From the IMG/VR virus record IMGVR_UViG_3300032236_001613, positions 248,001 to 312,000 of that record: 64,000 nt of DNA; one strand, written 5' to 3'. Positions within the stretch are counted from its first letter, which is position 1. Every line of letters begins with the position of its first letter. The position numbers and the translations under genes were made by a program. The notes under the pieces are model-generated. The model was not told where the DNA came from. It did not search any database and saw only the letters and a list, made by a program, of their open reading frames with translations. This document shows positions 1-9,513 of this stretch, piece by piece.

Positions 1-1929
1 TATGAAGAACGCCATAGCTGGAAGCTTGATTCAGTTGCTGAAGATGAACTTGGTGAGCGTAAAACACAGTACGAAGGTACACTTGACCAATTGTATAACA
101 ATGATTTTAAAACATTTATTGAGTACAATAGACAAGACTGCGCAATCTTAGAAAAACTCGATAAAAAATTAAAGTTTATTGACTTAGCTAACACAATTGC
201 ACATGAAAATACTGTGCTACTTCAAACTACAATGGGCGCCGTTGCTGTTACCGAACAAGCTATTATTAATGAGGCACATAGTTTAGGGTTGATTGTTCCT
301 AGTCGTACTAAACAAGATGACAAGGACATTACCGACGACGATGATGGTCCATCAGATACACAAGCAGCAGGTGCTTATGTAGCATATCCTAAAAAAGGAT
401 TACATGATTGGATTGGATCAATGGACATTAACAGTCTGTATCCATCTGTTATTCGTGCTTTAAATATGGGTCCCGAGACAATTATCGGTCAGCTAAGACA
501 AGAATATACTAAGGCAGAAATTTCTGCTAAAATGGCAAAAGGATCTAGTTTTGCTGCTTCTTGGGAAGGCAAGTTTGGAAGTAATGAGTTCGAACTTGTT
601 ATGTCTAAAGACATTGCACAAGACATAACTGTCGATTGGGAAGATGGCAAAAGCGATGTACTAACCGGTGCACAGATTTATTCTTTAATCTACGAAAATA
701 ATAATCCTTGGCTGTTAAGTGCAAATGGTACTATTTTTACTGTAGAGAAGGAAGGAATTATTCCTGGCTTGCTAGCACGTTGGTATAAAGAGCGTAAAGA
801 ACTTCAAAAGAAATTAAAAGCAGCAATTGAAGCAGGAAATAAAGTCGAAGAAGAGTACTGGGATAAAAGACAGCTAGTTAAGAAAATTAACTTAAACAGT
901 CTTTACGGTGCAATTCTTAATCCTGGTTGCAGATTTTTTGATAATCGAATTGGGCAGTCAACAACATTAACTGGTCGTCGAATTGCTAGACATATGGCAT
1001 CAAAAATTAATGAAATTATTACCGGCGAATATAATCATGTCGGTAAAGCTATCATTTACGGCGATACTGACTCTGCATACTTTAGTGCTTACAGTACGTT
1101 AAGAAATGAAATCAATAAAGGAGTTATTCCTTGGGATAAGGATACTGTAATTCAACTTTATAATACTGTAGCTGAAGAAGTTAACAACACATTTCCTCAA
1201 TTCATGTTAGATGACTTTCATTGCCCTAAGAAGCGTGGTGAAGTTATTAAAGCAGGACGAGAAATCGTTGCTATTAAAGGACTGTTTATTACTAAAAAAC
1301 GATACGCTGTTCTTTATTATGATAAAGATGGTAAACGTCAAGACCTTGGTGGAAAGCCTGGTAAAATTAAAGCCATGGGCCTAGATCTTAAAAGAAGCGA
1401 CACACCAGAATTCATGCAAGAGTTCCTTAGCGAAATTCTAAATAAAGTACTCAACGGTGCAGGTGAGGATGAGATTTTAGAAAGGATTTCTGTCTTTAGA
1501 ACTGAATTTAAATCACGTCCAGGTTGGGAAAAAGGCAGCCCTAAAAGAGCAAATAACATTACCGATTATCAATCGAGAGAAGAAAAAGCCGGTAAAATTA
1601 ATATGCCAGGACATGTTAGAGCAAGTATTAATTGGAATACATTACGTAGAATGAACGATGACAAATATTCATTACAAATCGTTGATGGTATGAAAGTTAT
1701 TGTTTGCAAACTCATTGATAATCCAATGGGGTTTACTAGCGTGGCGTATCCAACGGACGAACAAAGACTACCAAAATGGTTTCAAGAGCTACCTTTCGCT
1801 CATTCAGAGATGGAAGGTGTCATTATTAACAATAAGCTAGAAAATCTTATCGGAGTTCTTGAATGGGATTTGAACTCAACTAAACAGGACTCAACATTTG
1901 GAAGTTTATTTTCGTTTGGATCAGAATAA
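1..1929 (+). CDS. Family B DNA polymerase (T4 gp43-like), 5'-truncated by the window edge
   Basis: The frame is open from base 1 (YEERHSWKLD...). PolB motifs: ExoIII YNRQD, region II DINSLYPS, region III KINLNSLYG, region I YGDTDS, KKRY. Confidence 0.97.
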   Translation, partial: YEERHSWKLDSVAEDELGERKTQYEGTLDQLYNNDFKTFIEYNRQDCAILEKLDKKLKFIDLANTIAHENTVLLQTTMGAVAVTEQAIINEAHSLGLIVPSRTKQDDKDITDDDDGPSDTQAAGAYVAYPKKGLHDWIGSMDINSLYPSVIRALNMGPETIIGQLRQEYTKAEISAKMAKGSSFAASWEGKFGSNEFELVMSKDIAQDITVDWEDGKSDVLTGAQIYSLIYENNNPWLLSANGTIFTVEKEGIIPGLLARWYKERKELQKKLKAAIEAGNKVEEEYWDKRQLVKKINLNSLYGAILNPGCRFFDNRIGQSTTLTGRRIARHMASKINEIITGEYNHVGKAIIYGDTDSAYFSAYSTLRNEINKGVIPWDKDTVIQLYNTVAEEVNNTFPQFMLDDFHCPKKRGEVIKAGREIVAIKGLFITKKRYAVLYYDKDGKRQDLGGKPGKIKAMGLDLKRSDTPEFMQEFLSEILNKVLNGAGEDEILERISVFRTEFKSRPGWEKGSPKRANNITDYQSREEKAGKINMPGHVRASINWNTLRRMNDDKYSLQIVDGMKVIVCKLIDNPMGFTSVAYPTDEQRLPKWFQELPFAHSEMEGVIINNKLENLIGVLEWDLNSTKQDSTFGSLFSFGSE

Positions 1930-1937
1930 ATTAGACA

Positions 1938-1966
1938 TTGACTTTTTTTCGTTTTCTAAATACAAT
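1938..1966 (+). promoter_or_regulatory. Sigma70-type promoter overlapping a TAAATA late box
   Basis: TTGACT (1938-1943), 17 bp spacer, TACAAT (1961-1966). TAAATA at 1957-1962. AAGGA RBS precedes ATG 1985. Confidence 0.7.
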
Positions 1967-1984
1967 TAACAAAAGGAAATTATT

Positions 1985-2716
1985 ATGAAATCATATTTGC
2001 AAGATATTGTAAAACACACACATAGTTTAGGTATTGATTTGGCAAAGATTACAGGCACTGACGAAAGTACTGTTATTATGGCTGTTGCATCCGACAATTC
2101 GGTTATTGTCGAAGGTAAGTTTAAAGAAGTAGTTCCAGAATTTTCCGGAACATTCGGAATGCCAAACTTAGATAAGTTGAATACCATTCTTAATATTCCC
2201 GAATACGAAAAGGATGCTAAGATTACATTGTCTCATAGAACAGACGAAGAAGGTACAACTATTCCTGCTGGTATCCGCTTTGAGAATACTAACAGCGACT
2301 TTGTTAACGAATATCGTTTTATGACAACTAAGTTGATTAATGAAAAGCTAAAGCCCCTTAAGTTTAAGGGAGTTAAGTGGAACGTAGATTTTAGTCCAGG
2401 ACTTGTTAGCTTACAAAGACTAAAGTTCCAGTCTCAAGCGAACCGCGACAAGACTACTTTTGTTGCTAAAACTGACAAAGGTGCACTAAAGTTTTATTTT
2501 GGCGACCCTTCAACTCATGCCGGCGACTTTGTGTTTGAACCTACTGTAACTGGTTCTATTGCTCGCGCATGGCAATGGCCTGTAAGTGCAGTTATTAGCA
2601 TTTTAGATCTTCCTGGTGATAAAACCTATAAGATCAGTGACGAAGGTGCAACAATGATTACTGTTGATTCTGGTATTATTGAGTATAGCTACATTATTCC
2701 TGCTCAGACTAAGTAA
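1985..2716 (+). CDS. Probable DNA polymerase sliding clamp (gp45-like)
   Basis: 243 aa, clamp-like size and alternating beta/alpha pattern, ends YSYIIPA, lies directly after the polymerase. Confidence 0.6.
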   Translation: MKSYLQDIVKHTHSLGIDLAKITGTDESTVIMAVASDNSVIVEGKFKEVVPEFSGTFGMPNLDKLNTILNIPEYEKDAKITLSHRTDEEGTTIPAGIRFENTNSDFVNEYRFMTTKLINEKLKPLKFKGVKWNVDFSPGLVSLQRLKFQSQANRDKTTFVAKTDKGALKFYFGDPSTHAGDFVFEPTVTGSIARAWQWPVSAVISILDLPGDKTYKISDEGATMITVDSGIIEYSYIIPAQTK

Positions 2717-4194
2717 TGGAACAAGATAATTTAACTGTTAAACAGAAAGATTATGCTGTATTTTTACCGGCAATATCTGGATTTTACGCTACCTTTATAG
2801 GAAAGCAGCGTATTAATAATGATTATGTTGACCCTGCAAGATTTCCTGCAGGGTTAACTGATATGGAACAACTTAATTGGTTAAATCCTACAAAAGCATT
2901 ATTTCCTTATAAATGGTCATTGTATTCAGGCGGTCATGCAAACTTAGATCTTTCTAAAAAAGATCCAAATGAAGATATGGTTCGCAACAGAGATCCAGGT
3001 AGCCTAATATTGGGCGACTCAGGTGGATTCCAGATTGCTAAAGGTCTTTGGGAGGGCGATTGGCATGCTAATTCAGGATGTCCAAAAGCACAGCAAAAAC
3101 GTGAAGCAGTTCTTAAATGGCTCGATGGTATAGCCGATTATGGAATGATCCTCGATATCCCAACATGGGTTATTCATGATAAGGTAGCTAATTCTAAAAT
3201 CGGTAATTTTGCAAATTCACAAGAACTTGTAGATGCTACAAAATTTAATAACGATTATTTCATTAATAATCGTAAAGGTGTTAAAGAAGGTGGCGCAAAA
3301 TTACTAAACGTATTGCAAGGCGATAATCACACTGCTGCCGATACTTGGTATCAGACAATGAAAGTCTATTGCGATCCTAATGTCTATCCTAATCGTCACT
3401 TCGACGGATGGGCAATGGGTGGACAAAATATGTGTGATGTTCACTTAGTGCTAAAGCGTTTAGTTGAGTTAAGATACGATAATTTGCTACAACAAGGTGT
3501 TCATGACTGGATGCACTTTTTAGGAACTAGTAAACTAGAATGGGCTGTACTACTTACAGTTATACAAAGAGCTGTTAGAAAATATGTTAATCCTAATTTT
3601 ACTATTAGTTTTGACTGCGCAAGTCCTTTCTTAGCAACTGCAAATGGGCAAGTATATCATCATATTGATTTACCTAATAAAAAGAAATGGTGCTATCGAA
3701 TGAGTCCAATTGCTGACGATAAAAAGTATTCAACGGATACTAGAAACTATAGAGATGCAGTTCTACAAGATGGATTAATTTATCATTTCGATGAGAGTCC
3801 AGTAAGTAAAATTTTACAAATGAAAGATATATGCTATTATAAACCCGGAGACCTAAATAAAGTAGGTAAAGAAGGAAAGACTAGTTGGGATAGCTTTAGT
3901 TATGCTCTATTGATGAGTCATAATGTTTGGATGCATCTTACTGCGGTACAGGAAGCTAACAGAAAATTCGATGCTGGTGATCATCCTGCAATGATGCGAC
4001 GTAGTACTGGCGACGAAGAATATTTTGAAGATATTGTTGAAGCTATCTTTGCTGCACCTGACAAGGAAACTAGTTTAGAAATTATTGAAACATATAGCGA
4101 TTACTGGATGGAAATTGTTGGTACAAGGGGATTTAAAGGTAAAAAAACCGTAAATTCAAACACAATGAAAAATGCATTATTTGAGGAAGTTTAA
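2716..4194 (+). CDS. dpdA: tRNA-guanine transglycosylase-like DNA base-exchange enzyme (DpdA family)
   Basis: TGT motifs LGDSGGFQ, MILDIP, VLQG, MHFLG, SFDCASP; clustered with folE, queD and queE. Confidence 0.8.
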   Translation: MEQDNLTVKQKDYAVFLPAISGFYATFIGKQRINNDYVDPARFPAGLTDMEQLNWLNPTKALFPYKWSLYSGGHANLDLSKKDPNEDMVRNRDPGSLILGDSGGFQIAKGLWEGDWHANSGCPKAQQKREAVLKWLDGIADYGMILDIPTWVIHDKVANSKIGNFANSQELVDATKFNNDYFINNRKGVKEGGAKLLNVLQGDNHTAADTWYQTMKVYCDPNVYPNRHFDGWAMGGQNMCDVHLVLKRLVELRYDNLLQQGVHDWMHFLGTSKLEWAVLLTVIQRAVRKYVNPNFTISFDCASPFLATANGQVYHHIDLPNKKKWCYRMSPIADDKKYSTDTRNYRDAVLQDGLIYHFDESPVSKILQMKDICYYKPGDLNKVGKEGKTSWDSFSYALLMSHNVWMHLTAVQEANRKFDAGDHPAMMRRSTGDEEYFEDIVEAIFAAPDKETSLEIIETYSDYWMEIVGTRGFKGKKTVNSNTMKNALFEEV

Positions 4195-4736
4195 TGAAAA
4201 GAGATTACACAACTGGCGTAGCCGAAAACATTACATTTTTCCTAGGCACAGAAGTTGAAAAGACTCCTGCTTATGGAATGAAAACTCTGTTTGTAACTGG
4301 ATTGCAAACTATAGAAGAAATTGAAAAAATACTTAACGATCCGTTTACTAGTATTAAGGAACCTGTTAAGCACATTTTCTTTGGAGCTAATCATAGCTTT
4401 AATCCTAATTTTAATGACTACAAGAACTGGGCAGCATGGGAAAACATGATCACACACTTTCTTGAAAAAGATTATTGGTGTAGTTTAGATATTCCTTTGT
4501 CAGCTGTTGAAGAATTTAATGATGGTGGATTAAACGATTACGCTAATTTTATTCCACAAATTATGGTTACAATTCCTTATATTAAGTTGTGGAATTACAA
4601 CACTATGATTAAGATTGACGATAAGGATTTTAAAGCAACTAATCCCGGTGTTTGGACACATAGTTTGCACGAACTTAAGGACAGGAATAAGTTTACAGAT
4701 TGGTCAGAATACAAAAACGATCAGGTGATTAAATGA
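4194..4736 (+). CDS. Hypothetical protein in the deazaguanine cluster
   Basis: 180-aa ORF, translationally coupled to dpdA (TAATG) and to queD (ATGA); GAGGA RBS. Confidence 0.8.
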   Translation: MKRDYTTGVAENITFFLGTEVEKTPAYGMKTLFVTGLQTIEEIEKILNDPFTSIKEPVKHIFFGANHSFNPNFNDYKNWAAWENMITHFLEKDYWCSLDIPLSAVEEFNDGGLNDYANFIPQIMVTIPYIKLWNYNTMIKIDDKDFKATNPGVWTHSLHELKDRNKFTDWSEYKNDQVIK

Positions 4737-5104
4737 ATAAACAAGACATGATGATTTGGGTAACTTTCCAAAAAGAAGGAATTCATTGTTATCCTGCGGC
4801 AGCAACTGATCCAAAACTAGAAGATGTTAGTTTTTTGGGATTTCCGCATAGGCATATTTTCCATTTTAAGATATGGATTGAAGTTTTTGATGACGATCGA
4901 GAAATCGAATTTATTCAATTTAAACGTTGGTTGCAAAACTTATATAAAGATAGTACACTAAGTTTAGATCATAAGAGTTGTGAAATGATTGCTAAGGATT
5001 TACATCAAGTAATTCACAACAAATATGGCGCCAGAAATATCTGGATTGAGGTAAGTGAAGACAACGAAAATGGTTGCTTCATTAAATTTAACAATAGATG
5101 GTGA
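4733..5104 (+). CDS. queD: QueD-like 6-carboxytetrahydropterin synthase (T-fold)
   Basis: H-C, HRHIFHF zinc-His motif, REIEF and SCEMIA, ends EVSED; sits in the folE/queE cluster. Confidence 0.7.
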   Translation: MNKQDMMIWVTFQKEGIHCYPAAATDPKLEDVSFLGFPHRHIFHFKIWIEVFDDDREIEFIQFKRWLQNLYKDSTLSLDHKSCEMIAKDLHQVIHNKYGARNIWIEVSEDNENGCFIKFNNRW

Positions 5105-5115
5105 GGAAATATCAA

Positions 5116-5352
5116 ATGGCACGAGATTGGAATAACAAGCACTTGCGTATGAAGCCCGAAGTTTCACAAATTTTCGAGGATCTAGAAGAATATCTAGATT
5201 TTTGTAAGTACTTTGGACACGTTTACAACGAAGCCGATCTTTATAATGATCGAGGCCCGTGGGGAGAACTGCAGCGAGCCAAGAATGGTAAGCATGTTAG
5301 AAACAATTGGTCACAGTTTCTCAAGAGAAATTCTGCACCACGTTACAACTAA
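5116..5352 (+). CDS. Hypothetical protein
   Basis: ATG 5116 with GAGGA RBS preferred over the ORF-track start at 5098; fills the operon gap. Confidence 0.7.
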   Translation: MARDWNNKHLRMKPEVSQIFEDLEEYLDFCKYFGHVYNEADLYNDRGPWGELQRAKNGKHVRNNWSQFLKRNSAPRYN

Positions 5353-5355
5353 TCT

Positions 5356-6519
5356 ATGAGAAAGTTATTTTATATGGGCCTTGAACCTTACAAGGCCCGC
5401 TATACTTTGCAGTTGCAGGAATGGAACCGTGCTGTTTTCGAACAGCGCGGTATTAACTATGTTATAGTACCCGGCGAAACACTTAGTAACGATCAAGCAA
5501 TTGTTACCGGTCAGGTACTGGATGCACATGGTCGTAGCTACTTTGGCATGAGCCAACTAATGAATCTTGTGCGTATGATGAAAGCAGGAGAAGTTACAAA
5601 TGAAGATGTTGTCTACTTTGAAGACATGTTTCAACCAGGCATCGAAAGTTTGCCTTACATTCTGGATCAAGTACCCAACGAACTTCGTCCAAGAATCTTT
5701 GTTCGTTGTTTGGCTCAGTCTATCGATCCTGATGACTTTGTACATGTTTGGGGCATGAACCTTTGGATGGGTCTATATGAAAAAATGGTAGACTCATTTG
5801 TTGACGGTGTACTTGCTTCTAACGAAGAAATGGTTGCACATTTAAAAATTGCCGGTTGGACTGCTCCAATGTATAATATTTCAGGACTTGCGTTCGGTAA
5901 GGAAGAAGTACGCAATAGAGTTAAAGCAATTAAGCCATTTAGCGAACGTAGGATGCGTGTAGCTTTTTCGGCTCGTTGGGATCAAGAAAAACAGCCCGAC
6001 TTTTACATGGACTTAATTGAGAAGTTTAATAATCCATCAGTAGAGTTTGCTGTGTTTAGCGGCAGTAAACTAAAGAGCAATAACAATAGCTACATGCAGC
6101 GCACTAGAGACTTAGAATCTCGTGGTTTACTTAAGATTTATGAAGATCTTGAGAAGAACGAATACTACGAATTGCTAAATGATACTAGAGTATTGTTTAA
6201 TTGTGCACTACAAGATTGGGTTAGCAACACAGTAAGCGAAGCAGATGCATTAGAATGTAACGTTCTATTTCCAGCGTATCGCAGTTTTCCAGAAACATTT
6301 GCAAATGATCATACAAGAATGTATATTCCATGGTCTATAGATGATGCATTAATTAAGCTGGATCGACTTTTAAGATTTAAAGACCCTAAAGTTGGAGTTA
6401 TTAGTGATTGGACCAATGGTACAATTGGACGTATCTGTGATATCATCAGCGGCAACGGCGAAGAATGGCGGCGAGACAGTGTAGATTACAGAAAGCATCT
6501 AAGAGATAAAAAATATTAA
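5356..6519 (+). CDS. GT-B fold glycosyltransferase (GT4-like)
   Basis: C-terminal nucleotide-sugar binding pattern FSARWDQEKQP ... ALQDWVSNTVSEA ... LFPAYRSFPE. Confidence 0.75.
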   Translation: MRKLFYMGLEPYKARYTLQLQEWNRAVFEQRGINYVIVPGETLSNDQAIVTGQVLDAHGRSYFGMSQLMNLVRMMKAGEVTNEDVVYFEDMFQPGIESLPYILDQVPNELRPRIFVRCLAQSIDPDDFVHVWGMNLWMGLYEKMVDSFVDGVLASNEEMVAHLKIAGWTAPMYNISGLAFGKEEVRNRVKAIKPFSERRMRVAFSARWDQEKQPDFYMDLIEKFNNPSVEFAVFSGSKLKSNNNSYMQRTRDLESRGLLKIYEDLEKNEYYELLNDTRVLFNCALQDWVSNTVSEADALECNVLFPAYRSFPETFANDHTRMYIPWSIDDALIKLDRLLRFKDPKVGVISDWTNGTIGRICDIISGNGEEWRRDSVDYRKHLRDKKY

Positions 6520-6530
6520 AAGGATAACAA

Positions 6531-7223
6531 ATGTCTGATGTAGGTAAAAATATAAGCGAAGTAATCCGTGATCGTATTGAACGTGCTGGTGAAAGATTTC
6601 ACAGTAACGACAACATTTCTAAATTCATTTATAATGATAAAGAAATTGATCAACTTGTTGACGAAGTTACTGAACGTTTTCAAGGTGTATTAGAAAGTTT
6701 AATTATTGATACTAAACACGATCATAATACAAATGATACTGCACGTCGTGTAGCTAAAATGTTTGTTAGAGAAACTTTTAGTGGACGTTATCGACCAGTA
6801 CCTAAGGTAACAGCTTTTCCTAACATGGGGTACAAGAGTTTGTATACTACAGGTCCTATTAGTATTCGTAGCACTTGTGCACATCATTTCCAAAATATTG
6901 TTGGTAAGTGTTGGGTAGGCATTGTGCCTGAGGATGAAGTAATTGGTCTTAGCAAGTTTAATCGAATTGTTCATCATATTTGCGAAAGGCCGCAGATTCA
7001 AGAAGAAATGACTACACAAATTGCCGAAGCTCTCAAAGAATATGCTAAAACTGAGAATATTGCTGTTGTAGTTAAAGCAGAGCACCACTGTATGACACAA
7101 AGAGGCGTTCGCGAACACGAAAGCGATATGACTACAGCAATTATGTTAGGCGCTTTTTGGTGCGATCCTGCACTAAAGAAAGAATTTTATGATATTTGTC
7201 TAAGTATGAAAGGACATGGATAA
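6531..7223 (+). CDS. folE: GTP cyclohydrolase I
   Basis: TARRVAKM, STCAHHF, GLSKFNRIV, RPQIQE, HHCMTQRGV motifs. Confidence 0.97.
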   Translation: MSDVGKNISEVIRDRIERAGERFHSNDNISKFIYNDKEIDQLVDEVTERFQGVLESLIIDTKHDHNTNDTARRVAKMFVRETFSGRYRPVPKVTAFPNMGYKSLYTTGPISIRSTCAHHFQNIVGKCWVGIVPEDEVIGLSKFNRIVHHICERPQIQEEMTTQIAEALKEYAKTENIAVVVKAEHHCMTQRGVREHESDMTTAIMLGAFWCDPALKKEFYDICLSMKGHG

Positions 7224-7780
7224 TGAATAAACTTTTTGTCGACTACAATGAATATAAATTTCTAATTGCGAAACTCTGTCGTGATATTATGATGTCAGGT
7301 TGGAAACCTGATTATGTTGTAGGGATTACTCGAGGAGGATTACTTCCCGCAGTAATGATTAGTCATTATTTTGATGTTCCGTGCCACACTCTTAAAGTTA
7401 GCCTTCGAGACAGCGGCGATAATGATACAGAATCTAATTGTTGGATGGCTGACCATGCAATTGGGTATAAATTGAGAGACAAGAATGATAAAACTTCAGG
7501 ATTTAGTGATCTCGAAAGTAGAAAAAACATTCTTATCGTTGATGATATTAATGATACAGGTGCTACGTTTAACTGGATATTAAAAGATTGGCCTTCGAGC
7601 TGTTTAGGAGATAATCCTGCGTGGAACGAAGTTTGGAACAATAATGTAAAGTTTTCAGTTCTTGTTGATAACCTCTCAAGCATTGCACAAGTTAAAATGG
7701 ATTATTCAGGAATCGAAATTAACAAAGCAAACAACGATCTTTGGGTAGTTTTTCCTTGGGAAAATTGGTGGTTAAAATGA
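7223..7780 (+). CDS. Type I phosphoribosyltransferase (xanthine/guanine PRT-like)
   Basis: VGITRGG, PRPP-binding ILIVDDINDTGAT, WVVFPWE; start coupled to the folE stop (TAATG). Confidence 0.9.
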   Translation: MNKLFVDYNEYKFLIAKLCRDIMMSGWKPDYVVGITRGGLLPAVMISHYFDVPCHTLKVSLRDSGDNDTESNCWMADHAIGYKLRDKNDKTSGFSDLESRKNILIVDDINDTGATFNWILKDWPSSCLGDNPAWNEVWNNNVKFSVLVDNLSSIAQVKMDYSGIEINKANNDLWVVFPWENWWLK

Positions 7781-8193
7781 ATGATCATATTTTTCCTAGG
7801 TCTTCGAATGATAATATTTTTGCCGGACCTTTTTCTATTAAAGATGCAAATGTTCCATGGACCGATGTATTACAGGAAGATTTTTACGTTGTAGTATACC
7901 GAGACAAATATCCAGTAACCGAAGGACACTTGCTTTTCGTACCTAAATATAATACACTAGTTGCATTGGGATTTGCATTTGATCAGGCTATTCGTTATGG
8001 AAAGTTTATGGTTTCGCAAGAAACATGCTCCGCATTTAACATCGGATTAAATGCTGGTGAAGCAGCAGGTCAAACTATCATGTGGCCACATATACACCTT
8101 ATTCCTCGCAGAGTAGGTGATGTTGATGATCCTGTAGGTGGTGTACGTAACACTATCCCAGGTAAAGGAAATTATAAAAATGAGCAAAATTAA
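7777..8193 (+). CDS. HIT-family nucleotide hydrolase
   Basis: DKYPVTEGHLLFVPK and NAGEAAGQTIMWPHIHLIPR; ATGA overlap at 7777. Confidence 0.9.
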   Translation: MNDHIFPRSSNDNIFAGPFSIKDANVPWTDVLQEDFYVVVYRDKYPVTEGHLLFVPKYNTLVALGFAFDQAIRYGKFMVSQETCSAFNIGLNAGEAAGQTIMWPHIHLIPRRVGDVDDPVGGVRNTIPGKGNYKNEQN

Positions 8194-9034
8194 AGTAGCA
8201 GAATTATTTTACAGTATTCAAGGAGAAGGAAGGTACATGGGAGTACCTTCTATCTTCTTACGTACATTTGGATGCAATTTTCAATGTTCGGGTTTTGGAA
8301 TGCCTAAAGGCGAACGCAGTACAGAAGCTGTTAACATAGATCCTAGTAAATATAAGTCTTATGGCGAGTTGCCATTGGTTAGTACAGGCTGCGACAGTTA
8401 TGCTAGCTGGGATACAAGATTCAAAAACCTTAGTCCTATGCTGACTACAGATAGCATTGCTGAACAAATTGTTGAACTATTACCATATGGTGAATGGCGA
8501 GACGAGCATTTGGTTATTACTGGTGGAGAACCTTTACTAGGATGGCAACGTGCTTATCCAGATTTGTTGAATCATCCTAAGATGAAAAATTTGAAAGAAA
8601 TCACTTTTGAAACAAATGGTACACAAGAACTACATCCAGATTTTAAACAATATCTTAAAGAATGGAATCAGGCTCAATGGCCTCATGGCGGATCTGGAGA
8701 GATTACATTTAGCGTTAGTGCAAAATTAAGTTGCAGCGGTGAATCAAGAGCAGAAGCAATTAAACCAGAAATCGTTTGCGTGTACGAAGAATTTGGTTAT
8801 ACCTATCTTAAATTTGTTGTTGCGACCGATGATGATGCCGAAGAAGCAATTAATACAACAAAGATATATCGAGATGCAGGATTCAAAGGTCCAGTATATC
8901 TAATGCCTGTAGGCGGAGTAGAGAGTGTATACTCACTAAATAATCGCCGTGTTGCTGAATTAGCAATGCGCAATGGTCTAAGGTACAGCGATAGACTTCA
9001 AGTGCCGTTGTTTAAAAATGCATGGGGAACATGA
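8180..9034 (+). CDS. queE: 7-carboxy-7-deazaguanine synthase (radical SAM)
   Basis: ELFYSIQGEG, FLRTFGCNFQC...GCDS, VITGGEP, FETNGT, SAKL, RLQV; ATG 8180 with AAGGA RBS. Confidence 0.92.
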   Translation: MSKIKVAELFYSIQGEGRYMGVPSIFLRTFGCNFQCSGFGMPKGERSTEAVNIDPSKYKSYGELPLVSTGCDSYASWDTRFKNLSPMLTTDSIAEQIVELLPYGEWRDEHLVITGGEPLLGWQRAYPDLLNHPKMKNLKEITFETNGTQELHPDFKQYLKEWNQAQWPHGGSGEITFSVSAKLSCSGESRAEAIKPEIVCVYEEFGYTYLKFVVATDDDAEEAINTTKIYRDAGFKGPVYLMPVGGVESVYSLNNRRVAELAMRNGLRYSDRLQVPLFKNAWGT

Positions 9035-9513
9035 TGAATAAATTTATTAAAAAAGTTTTAGGCATTGACAAGCTAGAAGCTGCTACTTTAGAAGCGGCTA
9101 GGCTTGCAGCTGAAGCAGAAAGTAAAGCTCAAGAACTTGTTGCTAAAGCAGAAGCTGCTAAAATTGCAGCCGATGCAGCAGAAAATGAAAGAAAAGAACA
9201 GCAGCGTTTGGCCAAATTAACTCCTAAAGAAACTGCTACAGAAAAGAAAGAACCTTATTTTGAAGTAGTAGGATTTCATACTAATCCAGAAAATCCACGT
9301 TTTGGCTTTTGGGAACTTGACTGGAACGACTATAAAGTAGTAGAATTAAAGTCGTTAGGATATTACGGTGAAACAGACGAAGAAGTAGTTGATCAATGGT
9401 TCACCGAAATATGTAGAGAATCAGGAGCAGCAGTCGGAGCCAATATGGAACGACGTGCTATGGGTTTTATTGACGTTAAAAATATCGGCAACGGTCGATC
9501 AGAGGTAAGTTAA
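9031..9513 (+). CDS. Hypothetical protein (Ala/Glu-rich coiled-coil N-terminus)
   Basis: ORF overlapping the queE stop (ATGA) and coupled to the next gene. Confidence 0.8.
   Translation: MMNKFIKKVLGIDKLEAATLEAARLAAEAESKAQELVAKAEAAKIAADAAENERKEQQRLAKLTPKETATEKKEPYFEVVGFHTNPENPRFGFWELDWNDYKVVELKSLGYYGETDEEVVDQWFTEICRESGAAVGANMERRAMGFIDVKNIGNGRSEVS

Noticed and set aside
2716-4194. Canonical tRNA-modifying Tgt
   Set aside because: It lacks the CxCxxC zinc site and overall pattern of bacterial Tgt, and its position beside the DNA polymerase and clamp favours a DNA-acting DpdA.
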